Shown here in pieces: positions 33,864 to 48,500 of a stretch of 64,000 nt of DNA. The position numbers and the translations under genes were made by a program. This DNA is from Octopus bimaculoides. Lineage: Eukaryota. The notes beneath the pieces were generated by a model. The model ran no database searches, had not been told where the DNA came from, and saw only the letters and a list, made by a program, of their open reading frames with translations. Positions within the stretch are counted from its first letter, which is position 1; every line of letters starts with the position of its first letter. The stretch is from contig NC_068984.1 of NCBI RefSeq assembly GCF_001194135.2, forward strand, positions 146,450,097 through 146,514,096. Reading direction: 5' to 3'.

Positions 33864-36800
33864 TCAGACACTACTGTGCTTTTTTTTTTTTTTTTCTCTA
33901 GTGTGCTCTACCATCCAATCTTGCAATGTGCTGGCGCAGTGTGGCATGCTATAAATGACAGTTTTACCTTTACCAAAAGACTTTGATTTTGATTTAGACG
34001 AAGGATTCTTGGGTTGTTTACGAAGCTTTAAGATAAACATTTCAGATTTTGTTTCTTTCGTCAAACAGGTTTTTTTAATTTTCACTTTTTTCCTCAGAAA
34101 ACATTTTCTATGGTATTCTCCAATATTATCTTCATTATCCGACGTAGACCCCGCCGAATCGTTGGACCTGACCAAAGTTTTCAGCAGTTTCTCTTTCAAC
34201 AAATTATCATTTTCCGAGTCAGTCTGTTGCTTTTTTATGCTTCTTTGTGAAATTGTTTTCATATTATTAACGAAAACATGTTCTTTTCCTTTACGAAAAA
34301 GCAGATGGTTGCTCGAATCGACTGCGTTTGTTTTCTTTTTTTTAGCAGACGACATTCCAGTAGAGGTTCTTTTCTTATTGACGACCAAATCTTTATTCAG
34401 TGAAGTTAGATATCGGTTGCGTATACAATTGCACTTGTTGTTCCTGCAATTATTTTGATTAAAAGTGTTTAGTTTGGAACCATTAAAATGTTTCGCTTTA
34501 CTGCTTTTATGCGGATGCATATGTGCCGGAGTGAAGGTATTTGTTGGCGACAGGCTGTTTAACTGAGTTGATAAAGGTCCCTTCGAAGAATCTGTACCAT
34601 GTGAATCAGTAAAGTCTTTCGAAGATGATTTGCTATCAGTAGCATTCTTGGAGTTATTTTTCGGTGATAATGGTGAGCTGGGAGTGAGTTCTTGGAATGA
34701 AGAACCTACGAGGTTTGGTAATTTATCGCTCTTGTATAACGACGGTAAACCATGATAATACACTTCAGCGTCTTTCATAGCCGTACATGAAAGGGAATTT
34801 GTTTCGTCATCAACCTTCAAACAAGTGTTTCTGTTAATACATGTTTCAATTTCTGTTGCCAATCCTTCATCGATAGGATCAACAACCGACATATTTCTTT
34901 GTCTGGCCATTTCGATTTGAGTCTCAACGTTTTGGTTCGCTGTCATAGTTTTATCATTTGGATTCGTTTTACAGCTGGGAACAACATACTTTTGGTTTAT
35001 TGATGATTTCGTCGACACTGTAGCTATTGACGGCATATTCTTCGATTTGAATTTCGCTTTACCATTTCGTGTGTGACTTTCAGGCATTTTAGAGTCGTTA
35101 TCGGAAATATTCCTTCGTTTTTTCATTTCTGATTCTGATACACTTGAACCGATTTTTGGTAAAAAGGATGAATTACTTTTCACACAATTCCTACATTTCG
35201 CATTTTTAATATGACAATCTTTGGTACTTAATTGTTTATTGCTGATCGATGTCTGAATTGTATCGATTGGCTTAGAAAAGGCGATGCTACACTTGTTTTT
35301 ATCTGATATCGCATATGTGTTTGCGATGTTATTCGACGTGTTTGAAATGGCGAGTTTCTCCATCTCCCCGTCGGTTGCCGTCTTACGGTTTGGAATATTG
35401 CTTCTCGGTTTATCCAGTTTCGTAGCGTTTTCTACATCGCTCGGATTCTTTCTAACTTGTAAATTATTTTTACCATATTTTGAATGACTAGCATCACTAC
35501 TTTGAAATACTTTGCTACGAACTTTGGTCGTCTGCCCTAGTGTTTGAGAGTTTTCATTGTTATTTGTTGTAGATCTGGGAGATTTCAGAGGTAATGTGGC
35601 CCTGTCATTCGATATATTCTTACAGGGTGCTGCAACCATTATAGGTTTTCTGTCAGTTTGTTCATAAGGTTTAGCAAAGTAATTCCTTGTTTCATTCTTA
35701 ATGTGATCTGTTGCTGCAGTCTTTTTATTTTCAGGGTTATTTTCTTGAAACGGACTACAAGACGTATATTTTGTAGATTGACTGAAACTTTTTTTACGTT
35801 CAAAAATGTTTGGTAATTTCCCACCAGAGACAGTTTTTGATTGTTGTTGATTTGGTTGTTGCCGTTGTTGTCCATTTGTTTTAGTTACACTGGTCATATA
35901 TTCCGACTGCTTTTCGTTTGTTTGCTCATCTGGTATTTCCTTTGCTTCTTCACATTTTGTTGGAACAGCTGTGTCTTTATTTAACTCCGGACTACTATTC
36001 CCTGATGTAGAATTCGAAGAGTTTATAACTATAGTTCCCAAAGGGTTTAGAATAGAACTGAAACTATAGGCGAAGCTGTTCTCTGACAGCATGGGGAATG
36101 TGTTCGTTTCAATAATTTGATCCAAAATTTCTTTATCGAAATTAAATTTAGAGCTATTCGCCTCGTTATGGGATATTTGTAATATTTCCTTCTTTTCCAC
36201 GACTTCTTTCATTGAAGTGTTTTCATGACCGGAAGTAGAAACATTTCTGTGAACTGATATAATAGTTGATTTTTTAGTATCGCAAATATTTGAGATTCCA
36301 TTACTGCTATCAGCGCCATCTGCTCGGTTTTGTACTGTATTCACCCAAATGTGCTCCACAATATCCGGTTTTTCTGTTACACATTCATCCAACGGAACAG
36401 AATCATCGGCCTGAGTGGATGTTTTTCTTGTAATTGTCTTTAAGATATTTCCAAAATCATTTTGGACATTTCCTGATGTAATTTCGCTGTTTTGTTTCTC
36501 TGGGTTCGAAACGTTAATACGAAGAGTGTTACAAGAAGCAGAATCTCCTTCGATGTTTCTGCCTGTTGCTGTTTCGTTTGTGTTATGTTTTACCTCATCT
36601 TTAGCGACAGCAAACGGCTCCCCTTTTGTATTTTCATCAACGGTAAACTGTCTTGTAATATTTGGCGGATTTACATCTGCGTTCTCTGTAGACTGGATGG
36701 TAACTATGTTTGATGGTATACCATTAACTGCATCATGCAACGCTTGCGATTTGGTGTTCGAATCACACACGTTTCGGTTTCCATTTGGAAGAGATCGATT

Positions 36801-39800
36801 GGTGTCAATCAATACAGATTCGATTGTAATTTTGGTCTTTGAATCAGAAATAACTTTTGCTTGCTTTGTTTCTGAAACTTTTTCATTTTGATTAGTATCG
36901 AACTGGCAATTCAACCCCTGTATTGAAGGATTATTGATTTCTTCAGTTTCTTCTTCATTCCCATTAGAAGTCTGCATAACAGTTGAGTTCTGAGTATTGT
37001 TGCCAGGAGATTCAGTTGGACAATTCCTTTCTGATACAACTCCAGAATTCGATGCTTCTTGCACTTTTTCTTCGCTAGAAATTTTCAGCATTTCTTCAAT
37101 GCCATTTGAATGATTCTTCTTATAAACTTTAAGTTTACCATTTACATTTTGTCCTAGTTCGATCGTATTTTGTTCTGATATTTCATAAATTTTTTCAGCC
37201 TTTTTCGCTGTCACGACGGCAACTAATCTTTCTTTTTGTTCAAAAATCTTCTCTGAAATAGTCTCAGGGAATTCTTGTAATGGTTTCCCCTCCGAAACTG
37301 TCTTAAAACAGAGGCTGTTTTGATCTTGGTCGTTGATAGACGCATTACGAGTGTCATTGTCATCGTTTTGTTCTTTAATAAAGTCAGAGATGTTCACCAA
37401 CAGCTTCTCAGTCGTATTGTTTGCCATTTTCAGTTGCGCTTGTTGTATTGTATTTTTCTGAATATAACATGTGTTATCACCGACGTTTATTGCAAGACAT
37501 GTTACATAGTCTTTTACACCAATTCTTGTTTTAGAGACATTTGTAATGTCCATTTTAACCAAATCCAAGCAATTTTCTACGGTTTTGTGGAATGGCGTAA
37601 CTTTGGAAGAGTTCCTGGCACTATCTAACATTTCGGGCGACGTACTCGTTGCTTTCGTATTTTTATACATTTCTGTACAATGGCTTCTAAACGCTTTTTC
37701 TATTGGATCGTTGTTAGTGTTAACGAAATTATAACCAATCCCTATCAAATCACTAGGTTTCGGATAGCTGATGTTTGCAACATTTTCCATGATATATCTT
37801 GCTAAATTTTCTTGTATGTACGCAATATCTTCGTTTCCTTCACGATCACGACAGTGGTGTGTGGTTGCAACATCATCCAGTGAAATGGTAATGGAATTTT
37901 GTCTAGACTTCGCTGTTTTGGTGTTTGATAATGAAAAATTAATATCTTTTGTCCTACATGCAACTTCTGTAGAAATATTCCTCGTATCACCGACTGGAAA
38001 TGTGGTGACGTCATTGTCTGCGATGGCTGAACACTTTGTGTTATTTGCAGAACCTTCCTCATATTTCATCACATACTTGTTCGATGCGATATTACTTGAT
38101 AAGGCGGCTGCATTTGTTAACGGAACTGTTGGCACATCAATGTCTGAGGCGACACATTTTCCTGCATTACCGTTCGATACGGCATTAATTGAAGAGCAAA
38201 CACGTGAAATGTTATTATTCGTCCTAATATCGTTCGATACGACGCTGCTAGAGGCGACACTTGAGTTACTATCGTCTGATTGGACGTTATTTACGAAGGT
38301 ATCACGTGATGCGACATCTCCGCTCGAGATGGTGCCGTTTGATACAGTAATACTATTTAATGAATCGCTATTTGATACAGTATTGTCAGATATATCAAAA
38401 ACTATATTTTTGTCTACATTTGATGACTCGACCGAGTTATACAGAGCAACGTCTGTCGGGTTAATCTTTAATTTTGTTGGCAGACTGTTTGGTAACTCCA
38501 CAACGCTAGTCTTTTCTTTTCCGCCATCATTACTTTCAGGTTCAAAATAACTAAACTCCTTCTCTTTTGAACTTTCATTTTGCCCTGTGTTCAAAGTAAG
38601 TTGAGATTCTTCACGATCTTTTCTCGCTGCTTCTTCTTCCAAAAGGTTGCTGGTATCTTTAACTATTATCTTACTGGTTACAGTTTGCATTGTGTTTTTC
38701 TCGGGAAATGTTTTGATTGGTTCCTCACCAATTGATTCCATGTCCCCCTTTATTTTGCTTTCTTTACAAAAAATCTCTTCTTCTCCAATACAACCATCGA
38801 CTAAAGAATACGGCATACTTTCAATAATGTACGCTAGGGGATCATAGAAAAAATTGTCGACACCAAAATTGTTCTGGTTACAAGTTATTTTGTCAACGAC
38901 CGAAGCAGCAATTAAATCATTATCTATAACAACAGCGTCTTTCAACTGTTCTGCTGATAGGTTTTGCGAACTATTTAACGAAATGACGCCGCTAGCTGAA
39001 TCGGTTTCCGTGGTACAAAAGGAAGCTTTAATCTTCTCTGGCAAATCTGAAGAGGTTAAGTTTTCAGTTAAAACCACATCATTCATTTGATTTGGTCGTA
39101 TATAACTTGTAATGCCGTCTGCTCGTTCGCTGTATATATTCACCTCTTCTTCGTCAAACTGGACTCTGATATCTCTTCTACGATGGCCACCGTCTCCATT
39201 TCCGTTCATACCGTATTTACCGCTAATAAAACCGCAAACTCTCTTCGTGATCGAACAGCGTTCCTGACCGGTTAATTTACCTTCGATTCGCAGGGAAGTA
39301 TTCGAATTCTCCTCTCGGAATCCACTTTCACCAATAGGACCAGAGGAAGGGGATAACAGTTCCTTTTGAAGGGAAATTCTATAATTTGTCATCTTCGGTA
39401 AAGACTTACTTTTGTCTGTTTCTATTAGCTTGTTGTCCATTTCTTCAATTGAGAAATATGCAAATCGTGGTATCTCGAAAGTAAATTCCTCTGAGCGTTT
39501 ATTCCTCGCAAGTCGCTCGTTCGACTCATTATTCTTGACGTTTGAACTTCGATCGTCAATAAAACCGAAAGAATTGGTGCTATTTTGTCGTTTTACCGAA
39601 GTAGCAACATTGGTTTCTTCATTTTCTTCTACACTAATTTTTGTCTGGGTTTTCTGTGCATATTTCGCAGATAAATCGCCACAGTTTTTATCTCCGTTGC
39701 CGTCGTTAGATATAGATTTATAATTTTTATCCAAATTCGAACCAGACGTACTTATGTGACCGTTGTCTCTGCTTATTGCATCATTTGAAACATCCGAGGA

Positions 39801-42800
39801 ACTTGTACGACTTGTCTCAGCATCCACTACGTCAGAGAATGCTAAACGATTAGTTCCACTTCCAATCATATCGGTTAATGCAAACAAAACCCCCGCTTTC
39901 TTCAACGTGTAACTTTCATCAAAGACTTTTGTAGCTGAGGTATCTTTTTTCGATACGGTTTCTTTTGTCATTGGTTTTAAAGCATCGTCTGCATTTTCTA
40001 GTTGAAGTACCTTACTGCCGTCTTTTGCTGTTGCATCACTGGTTTCGAAATTTGAAGACACAGTTCCATCTTTGAAAACTTCCTCTTTCTCTGTTTGTAC
40101 TAACGACCCGTTATTATCGGTCAAATTCTTCAACTTGTCTTCTGGCGAAATACTAACGATGTATCCTGGTTTGCATTCTGCTCGATTTTCTAGTTTACAA
40201 GCATATGGGTTAATCGTTCCTTCTTTTATTTCATTATTATTTTCCAGGCTGGCCTTCGAATTATTCGAAAATTGGCATTTTGAAGAATTTGATGTTTCTA
40301 TCAGCTTACAACCCAAGAGAGAAATAATATCCCTCAGTTTGGTCTTTTCAAATGCGAAAATGGGAACATTGATTTTTTTAGTCTTGCATGGATCTCCGCT
40401 AGAATCCGTTTCGTTTCTCGCGTCTTTGTCAGCGAAGCATGCAGTTTCGTCAGATTCTGGCAAGTCAGAACGAATGCTTTTGTCATTAGTTGTAAGACCA
40501 TCATTGAGAATATCCTGGGACGTTGTAATCATTTCATATTTACTACTCAAATTTTCAGGTAGTCTTTTGGTTAGATTTTGTTCAGAATTTCTGTTAATGA
40601 GAATGTTAATTGTCCCAGGGGTAGAACTACTGGGTAACGAACCTGTATCGTTTTCTTTTGTAATGTCGAGAATATTTTCCTTTTTGCTTATCAATGGACA
40701 TTTTAAAGAACTATTTGTTTGAATTATTTCTGATCCTAACGGAAGCATTTCTTGATCGAATCCAGCAAAGGATTCTTTTCTTATAGCAAAGCTATCGATT
40801 TTCGAAACTGGCCCTGTAGCACATCCAGTTGTCTTTTGGTTAATATTCGTGTTGGAATTATTACCGTTCAAAAGCTCAATGTTAACACCACAATCATATT
40901 TAGGTTCGCCGTTTTCTAACGAAAGTTTGTTACTGTTTGAGATGATATCGCACGATTTAGAAAAACATTTTGGAAGCAACAACAAATTGTTTCCTTCCAC
41001 GTTAAGAGAAATCTTTTCTTTAATCTCAAGAGTGTTATCGGCATCACTTGCCTGTAACGTCACAGCTGGAACCTTTGAACTCTTTTGGATGCTGTTTGTT
41101 TGATAGGGATTTCGAACTAAGTCTACACTCGGACTACAAGGCAACATTTTTGGTATAAATAACTCATCACCGATTGGGAACTTAACTGAAATAGCCGTTT
41201 TATCAAACGATTCAGGCGTTTGTTGCTGGTGTTGTTCTTGTGATACTTGTTCAACACAAGGAAAACTATCCTTTATTTTCGCAGTATCTTTGCTTGACAT
41301 TATTTCCATGGAAGACTCACTGTTTCCATTCGAGTATTTTATAAAATTTGGATGTTCTGAACTGACCACGTGATATTTCGGATGTGAATTTTTCTGGCAT
41401 ATTACAGGAACTCTATTTTGCTCAGACAGACACTTGGTTCTGTCATCGAGCTGCAAGTCGGGATTGGCTTTTATAAAAACATAAGTAACACATTTCTTTG
41501 TATTTTCACCGGATAATTTACCCCCTTCGGTGTTTGTAAGCTCTTCTTCGTCCATGCATGTTTTACTGTCATTTTCAGGATCGTTAATGCAATTAATTTC
41601 TTTTGGGAGCTTTTCTATGTATTTTGTTTCGTTTCGTTTTGTTTTTGATGTGCTCTTCATTGTAATTGGAGAGGACATTGCTAAACAGTCATTAGAATTG
41701 TTTTGTGATGGATTCCCCACAATAACTGGCTTACCATCACCATTTAGTATTGTAGCTTCATTGAAAAGGATATCGCTTTCTCTTTGTTGTACATTTTCGC
41801 TGTTTTTATGTGAATTTTCATCATTATTCATTATCTCCGCTGACGCGTCATCTTCATTTTTCTCTTTTGAAACATCTGCGATATTAGTTTGAACTTGTTC
41901 GCTGTTTTCTTTTAATGTTTCGCTAGTTACAACATCGCTGTTATATTTTGGTGAATTTTGGTTTGTGTTTTTTCCTTGATCATCGATCGATCCACGAGGA
42001 ATTCCAGCTACTATATCGTTTTGTTTTCTAACAAAACTTTTCCCAGAACGTTTGTTTGCACCAGAAGCATTATTTTCCAGTTTTAAAATAACTTTGTTGC
42101 TCCACCGAGACAACAACATTTTTAATCCTACACCTAATTTGTTAATCGACCTCGACTTATCCAAATTGCTTTCCGAACAACCGTTCGTTAGTTCTGGAAT
42201 CACTTCTTTCCTCACAACCTCGGAATCTTTATCGATTTTTTTCGCAGGCACCTCTTTATTAGCAACGCTATTTTCCTCACTCAAATTCTCAGCATCTTCG
42301 TTTATGCTTTCGCTTGATTTCGTGTCGTTTTTCACTGATAACGTCTCTTTATAAAGTGTTTGTTCCAGTTTCACAGATCGAACTTTGTAGATATCGAACT
42401 TGCCTTGTGGATACCCACCTATCTCACACAATTTCTCCGATTCTGCACTGAAATGATTGAGGATCGAAGTCGGATTCGGACCAATAACATTTAGTCTTTC
42501 TTGTGATGTACTCGGCATTATAACACCACAGTACTGCAGTCTGTCACTGGATTCGCTAATATTTGAATCAATATTCACATCGAAGTTCATCTGCATCAGA
42601 TGTGACTGAAGTTGTTGGTTCTGTAATAAGCCATTAGTGCCAGCATCGATCTCTTTCGTATCCTCGATTTCCAAGTAGGAATTGATGTTCTTCAGAGTTA
42701 TCATCGAATTGGCATCGGCTTTGAAGACACTTGGACTAGCAATCACTCTTGCTCCTGATTTCAAATCGCCGTTAGCAAAAGAACTGTTTCTTTTTCTGCA

Positions 42801-43165
42801 TGCCGCTTCCAGGTGTGATTGCAGCAACTGCAATCTTGTCACTTGATATGAAGGTGTAAGGACCGGGTTCTTTAGCAATTCAGCCAGGTCAGTATGTTTG
42901 AAATTGGCCATTGATAAAGCTGTGGACTTGGATTCCTTCAACTCATCGTTGGCATTATTTTCCACCTTGAGACTGTAATCGACATTAGTCTTTGGAGTTG
43001 CTTCGTTTCGTTCAGGTGTTACAACAACAAGAGGAGTCGCAACAGGTACTGCTGCAGCAGAAGCATTATGAGTGTTATCAACAACCGTTGCAGTGTTGCC
43101 GTTGATTGCCTTCTGGTCTGACCCCTGACCGCTGCCGGACGTGTTGCTAACGACTTCTTTGTTTG
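33864..43165 (-). CDS. Giant ~9.2-9.3-kb coding exon; S/N/K/E/T-rich, probably largely disordered uncharacterised protein
   Basis: Stop-free frame of ~3100 codons in AT-rich DNA. The frame extends upstream of the ORF-track GTG to an acceptor AAAAG|CA at 43165, with an in-frame TGA just 5' of it. Phase-1 donors G|GTAAAG (33974) and AAG|GTAAAA (33968) lie near the end; otherwise the stop is at 33864. Confidence 0.88.
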
Positions 43166-45289
43166 CTTTTATTGGTAAGGGTCATTAAAAAGAAAGGAAA
43201 AAGTAATTTAAACGAGAAATTAAGAACAACATCAAAACTAAATTTTCACAACATTTTACAATTGCATCAACAACAATAACAACAACTCTAATTCTTTCTA
43301 ATTTTGGCACAAGGCCATCAAATTTGAGGGGAGGGACGGTCGATTGCAACGACCCAATGCTCGACAGATACTTATTTCATCGAACCCGAAAGGATGAAAG
43401 GCAAAGTCGACCTCGGTAGAAATTGAACTGAGAACGTAAAGAGCTGGAAGAAATGCCGCTAAGAATTATGTCTGGTGCTCTACCGATTCTGCCAGCTCAT
43501 CGCCTTAACAACTCTACAAAGAACGCGCTCATTTTTATATCATTTCCCTGTTTACGCCGGGGGAGGGGGGGGGAGAAACTGACAACTTTAAATGGTCAAT
43601 GCTTCTAAATGACCAACTACTTTACTTTAGGGAAAATTCACAATGCCATGGATAGAAATCTGAGGCAAAATCAACGTGATATACAGTAGAATCCTTCTGA
43701 CAGGCTTCATTACAGTTTCCGTCTACCCAATTTTACTCACAAGATATGGGCCGATTCAAGGTTATAGAAAAATGCATTTACTCAAGATATTACGCAGTGG
43801 GATCGAACCGTCGACCTCGGGTTTGCGAAGTGGACTTCTTAACCATTCGACCATACTGCACCTGCAAAGTTTAACTGGCGCTCGCAAGTGAGTCTGTCCC
43901 AATAGCTTGTACCTCGTTTTCGTTGATTATTTTGTATGCTTGTGTTGTATCTCGGTTCTCTCAGTCTTGATCCAGCGGAACATAGGAACGGCATAACAAA
44001 GAAAGGGAGAGTAAAGCTACACCATCCCTCATCACTAAGGTGGTACTTCTTTACAGCTGAGCAGAGTAAAGCAATGTGAAATGAAGTGTTTTGCCCAAGA
44101 ACACAACACATCACCCCATCCAGGTATCGAAACCACACTCTTACGATCACGAGCAAAACCCTAGCCACTAAGCCACACGGCGCTACATGAAGCATATTAT
44201 TAGTCCGTTATATGCAGAACTGGATTAGAATGGCCAAAGTCGACTTTGATAGCATTTGAACTGAGAACTGCGTTATTCGTCGGGAGGTAATATCTCTTAC
44301 GGATGAGCTGCGTTTAAAACACACAATATACGTAGGAAACATCATGTATTTTACATTAAATGTTAAACATAGATGATCATTTTAATCTATTATTGCTTCT
44401 GTTGCATATAACGAATTTTTATTCAGCTAGGCGGTTCTTTGCAACATCAGTGATTGTTCATTAACTGTTTTCTTATATCGGTGGCGAGAGATTTCGTTTT
44501 ACTATGCGATTGGCTGTGGGTACACACCACTAACAATGTCCAACTGGGTACAAATGCTGCATTCAGTATTCCCATCAGCCACTGCTTGGACGATTTTGGT
44601 CTTCTGATATATATATTGTATTTTTGAACATTGTACGTCCATAAGAGGTATCACCTCAGGACGAATACTAAAATAAATTTGCTTTTCGCTGTGTTCACAT
44701 TGTGTATGACACACAGATGGCCATATTATTAGTTTATAAAACCAGTCTTTCTCAATGGAGGGAGAGCCAAAAAAATATGGATCCGACTGGAGAGAAGTAG
44801 AAAAGGCAGCCCAGAATTGAGAAAAGTCGTCGATGGCCTCTGCTTCAAAGGGTACGAAATTCTTACAGAAAAAAAGCCACTAAATTGCCAGGATCGCAAC
44901 CTTCAAATGTTAGCGGCCACAGGCCTGAGTAAGAAAAGAATTTGATAAACTATAAAATTTCGGTGAGCTGAGGCCATTTTGAAAAATCGATTCTGTGTTG
45001 AAGTTATTTCACGCCATTGACCATGTTTATAGTGTTGAGGAAAGTTTTGGAAAGAAAGCAAAAGAAAGTCCCTTGGACATTATTGTCTCGAGTCTTCGGA
45101 CTCATAAGACCAGTTACCCGGTTTCCATGGAATCTCTTGGAAAAATAGCACAGAGCAAACACCGAGGGATTTGGGAAATGGATAGTTTTGTGTTTTTCTT
45201 TCCTTTACTGTTGGTGATGTAAGTCATCGTCTGCAAATTGACAGAATGCTTAGTACATCGTATAGAATGCTTTGCAAGGTTTGTCAAAC

Positions 45290-45735
45290 AAGGCCAGCTT
45301 GAACAGAAGGTCCTGTTCTGTGTTTGACGGAATTTCGAGGGGGGTGTTGCACTTTGAGTTTGTCCCAGATGGTCATGCTAAGAACGCTAATCTTTATGCC
45401 CAACGACTGTAGCGAGTACACGGCAGTTTGAATGCCTACATGACAATGCCTCAGCACACACTGACAATGTGACCAAGCACAAACTCGGGGAACATGAGAG
45501 GTTGGAAGTTCTGCCTCACTCTGCCTACAGTCCGGACCTTGGACCACCAGATTAACACCCTTTCCGAACCATAGCTTATTTCCTGCCCGGGCGGAAGTTC
45601 AGCAATGTGGATGAGGTTGAAAACGGGTCCAGGGAATTTTTTTCCACTAAACCAACCAAATGGCATAAGCGTGGATTTGAGCTCCTGACAAAACAATGGC
45701 AACAGACAATAGAATATGAAGGGATGCATTTTCAT
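45290..45735 (+). pseudogene. Mariner transposase C-terminal remnant
   Basis: HDNASAHT, LPHSAYSPDLGPPD*H, W..TIEYEGMHF; contains stops and frameshifts. Confidence 0.85.
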
Positions 45736-46055
45736 ATATCATTTGTTTGATCTTTTAAGGCTTGAAATAGGAAAAAGCGTTTGACTCAACCTGCTGCTTC
45801 TGTTCATTCAATTCTTGCAAACTCGTACAAACGTTTCTTCTGCTTCGTCTCACGAAACCCATCGCATTTGAGGTCGTTATAAGACTCAGTTTATTTTTTC
45901 CGAAAAAAACGTCTCAGAAATTACCCCGAGTTCTATATGCAAAGGTAGAGCAACATTAAAAGCTTTGATGCATAAAACTTCTTTTACCTAGATATGCGTT
46001 TCTTGAGCTCGGAGTGCATTTAATATGCCAGTACATCTTTTATGTCATCAAGTAC

Positions 46056-46056
46056 G

Positions 46057-46147
<91 letters not shown>
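46056..46147. repeat. (CA)n microsatellite, representative of many (CA/TA/AAT/CAT/CT/TCAA) tracts in the window
   Basis: Direct reading; these tracts explain most of the short ORFs in the track. Confidence 0.95.
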
Positions 46148-46148
<1 letters not shown>

Positions 46149-48181
46149 TCAACGCTGAAAAGAAAAATCAAACAGCGTTTCAACTCTGTGAGTATATGTG
46201 TGTTTAATTGCATATGTTCCCAATAAACGAATTTTATTTACATGTTGTTGATTGGCCATAGATCAACCTTACATGAGCAAACGTGATCAAAGGTATGTAA
46301 ACCGTGACCATTTGGCCCTTTTAAGTGTATCTAGGAATTCGTTATCTAATGCGTCGTTTGCTTATATAAGACGGTGTGATTTGAGGGACTACTACTTAAT
46401 TTGCTCAGTGCACACAATGGGAATAACGCTAAGTAAAGCTTTAACAACCCCAATAGCACAAAACCTCTTTATGGCTGGGTCATTAGATCCAGCAAATCGA
46501 GAGTTAAATGTCTGATGAATTACCACTGCGTGTATCTGGTTCGATCTCCTATCGAGGTATGAACATATGAATTTCATTTCCGCTGCCAGCGACATGCAAT
46601 AAATATATAAATAAGGAAAAGAAAAGAAAAAGACAAATAAAAACAAAGAAATGAAAATTGCGCCGCCATCTTTTGCTCATTTGTTCTCTTTTTTTTTCAA
46701 ATAAGATGAAAAGAAAACAATATGGCCGAGGATTAACATGAATAAAAGGTTTAGGAAAAAATATCCGATGAATTAGATTGCTTCAAGGAAAACGTTAAGC
46801 AGATTAACTGTTGAGTTGTCCGAGAATGGACTTGTTGCAACAGATAAAGGAGAATTTTAGCAAAACAATGAAGTTTTGCTAAAATTATCCCTCTGTACAA
46901 AAGAAAAAGCATTAAAAAATAATTTTAAAAAATAATATATATGTTTTTTTGTGTTAATATTTAATGCCGAAGACGAAAGCGAAACCGGGAAGAGTATCAG
47001 ATCCAATTTTAGTTTACGTTCTGTCGAAGCAAGAATAGTAGAGATCGAAAACTTAATGTTTCTGTAACTAACTGATAATGATGCATTTTGTAATCCATTG
47101 GGACGTTGGAATATTGCAGAATACAATGGGTTACTCTTATACAAACAAATTTCTTTAAACGAATAAATTGAAAACAGTTTTTTGGGAAGAAAAACTCGCG
47201 TAACGAGCTGAAATTTGATCAACGAACCACGAGAAAACTCCGTGCGCGTAAAAGTAACTAGGAGCTCATTCACTTAGGGAGCTGAATAATAAACCAGGAG
47301 CAGACTGCGCAGACGTATGACTCACTGGGAACCTTTTCACTTAGAGAGCTGAAATTTGATCAACGAACCACCATTAAACTACGCACGCGTACAAGAGAGA
47401 ATATACGAATGGTACGTTAAATGAACAAATTCTATAACAAACAGTTTTTCTGAAGAAAATTATATTCGACAAACAAACTGACATTTGAGCAACTCTGCAC
47501 GTATATATGTGGCTGAGAGAATATGTACAAATGGTTTGTTAATGTCTGAGTATACAGATCATGTAACTTGCAAATTTTTATATTTTATGTAGAAAATATT
47601 TCTCATTATTTATTCTAAGAACATAACCATGGATCGTTAGTACCACAGGCATTCATAAACGCTTATATATTTATAAAAAAATGTCTTCATTATCACAACT
47701 GAGTATCAGAGTTTCACGTAACCGTTCAGGTTACGTGAAACTCTCAGCAACAGTTTGTGAAGATTTTTCCAGCCTTAATAAAATAGTATACATCTGTATA
47801 CTAATAAAAGTGAAGTTCAATCTTGCTTGCTTGCAATGTTACACAGCCAAACTGGCACATCATGGGAAAAGATATCGACAGTTTGTATCTGACACTTCAT
47901 TCTATTGTATTCATAGTATCATGTACGTCTTCCTTATAAAGTGTGACGTAAAATTAGTAGTTACTGACATCAAAGGCCTGATGAAAAACCACCTTAGTTG
48001 ATTCTCATTAATTTCTCTCCTGCCAACTTTTCCCTGAAGAAAGACTATGTCCGAAACGTTGTATTTTCCACCCTCACATCAGCAAGTTTACCGTATTCTT
48101 TTTTTGAAATCAATTTTACTAAATAATACAAGACTCGCCGCTGACGAATGCCAACACCAGTCTTTTTGGAGTCTGTTTGAT

Positions 48182-48226
<45 letters not shown>

Positions 48227-48500
48227 NNNNNNNNNNNNNNNNNNNNNNNNNNNNNNNNNNNNNNNNNNNNNNNNNNNNNNNNNNNNNNNNNNNNNNNNNN
48301 NNNNNNNNNNNNNNNNNNNNNNNNNNNNNNNNNNNNNNNNNNNNNNNNNNNNNNNNNNNNNNNNNNNNNNNNNNNNNNNNNNNNNNNNNNNNNNNNNNNN
48401 NNNNNNNNNNNNNNNNNCACACACACAGTGTCCCCAGTATGGCTGCAGCCCAATAACTGGAACGAATAAAAGAAGGCAAAAGGTAATGGAATGATCTTAC

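Noticed and set aside
33955-42354. Many plus-strand ORFs of 60-260 aa
   Set aside because: Antisense shadows of the giant minus-strand exon
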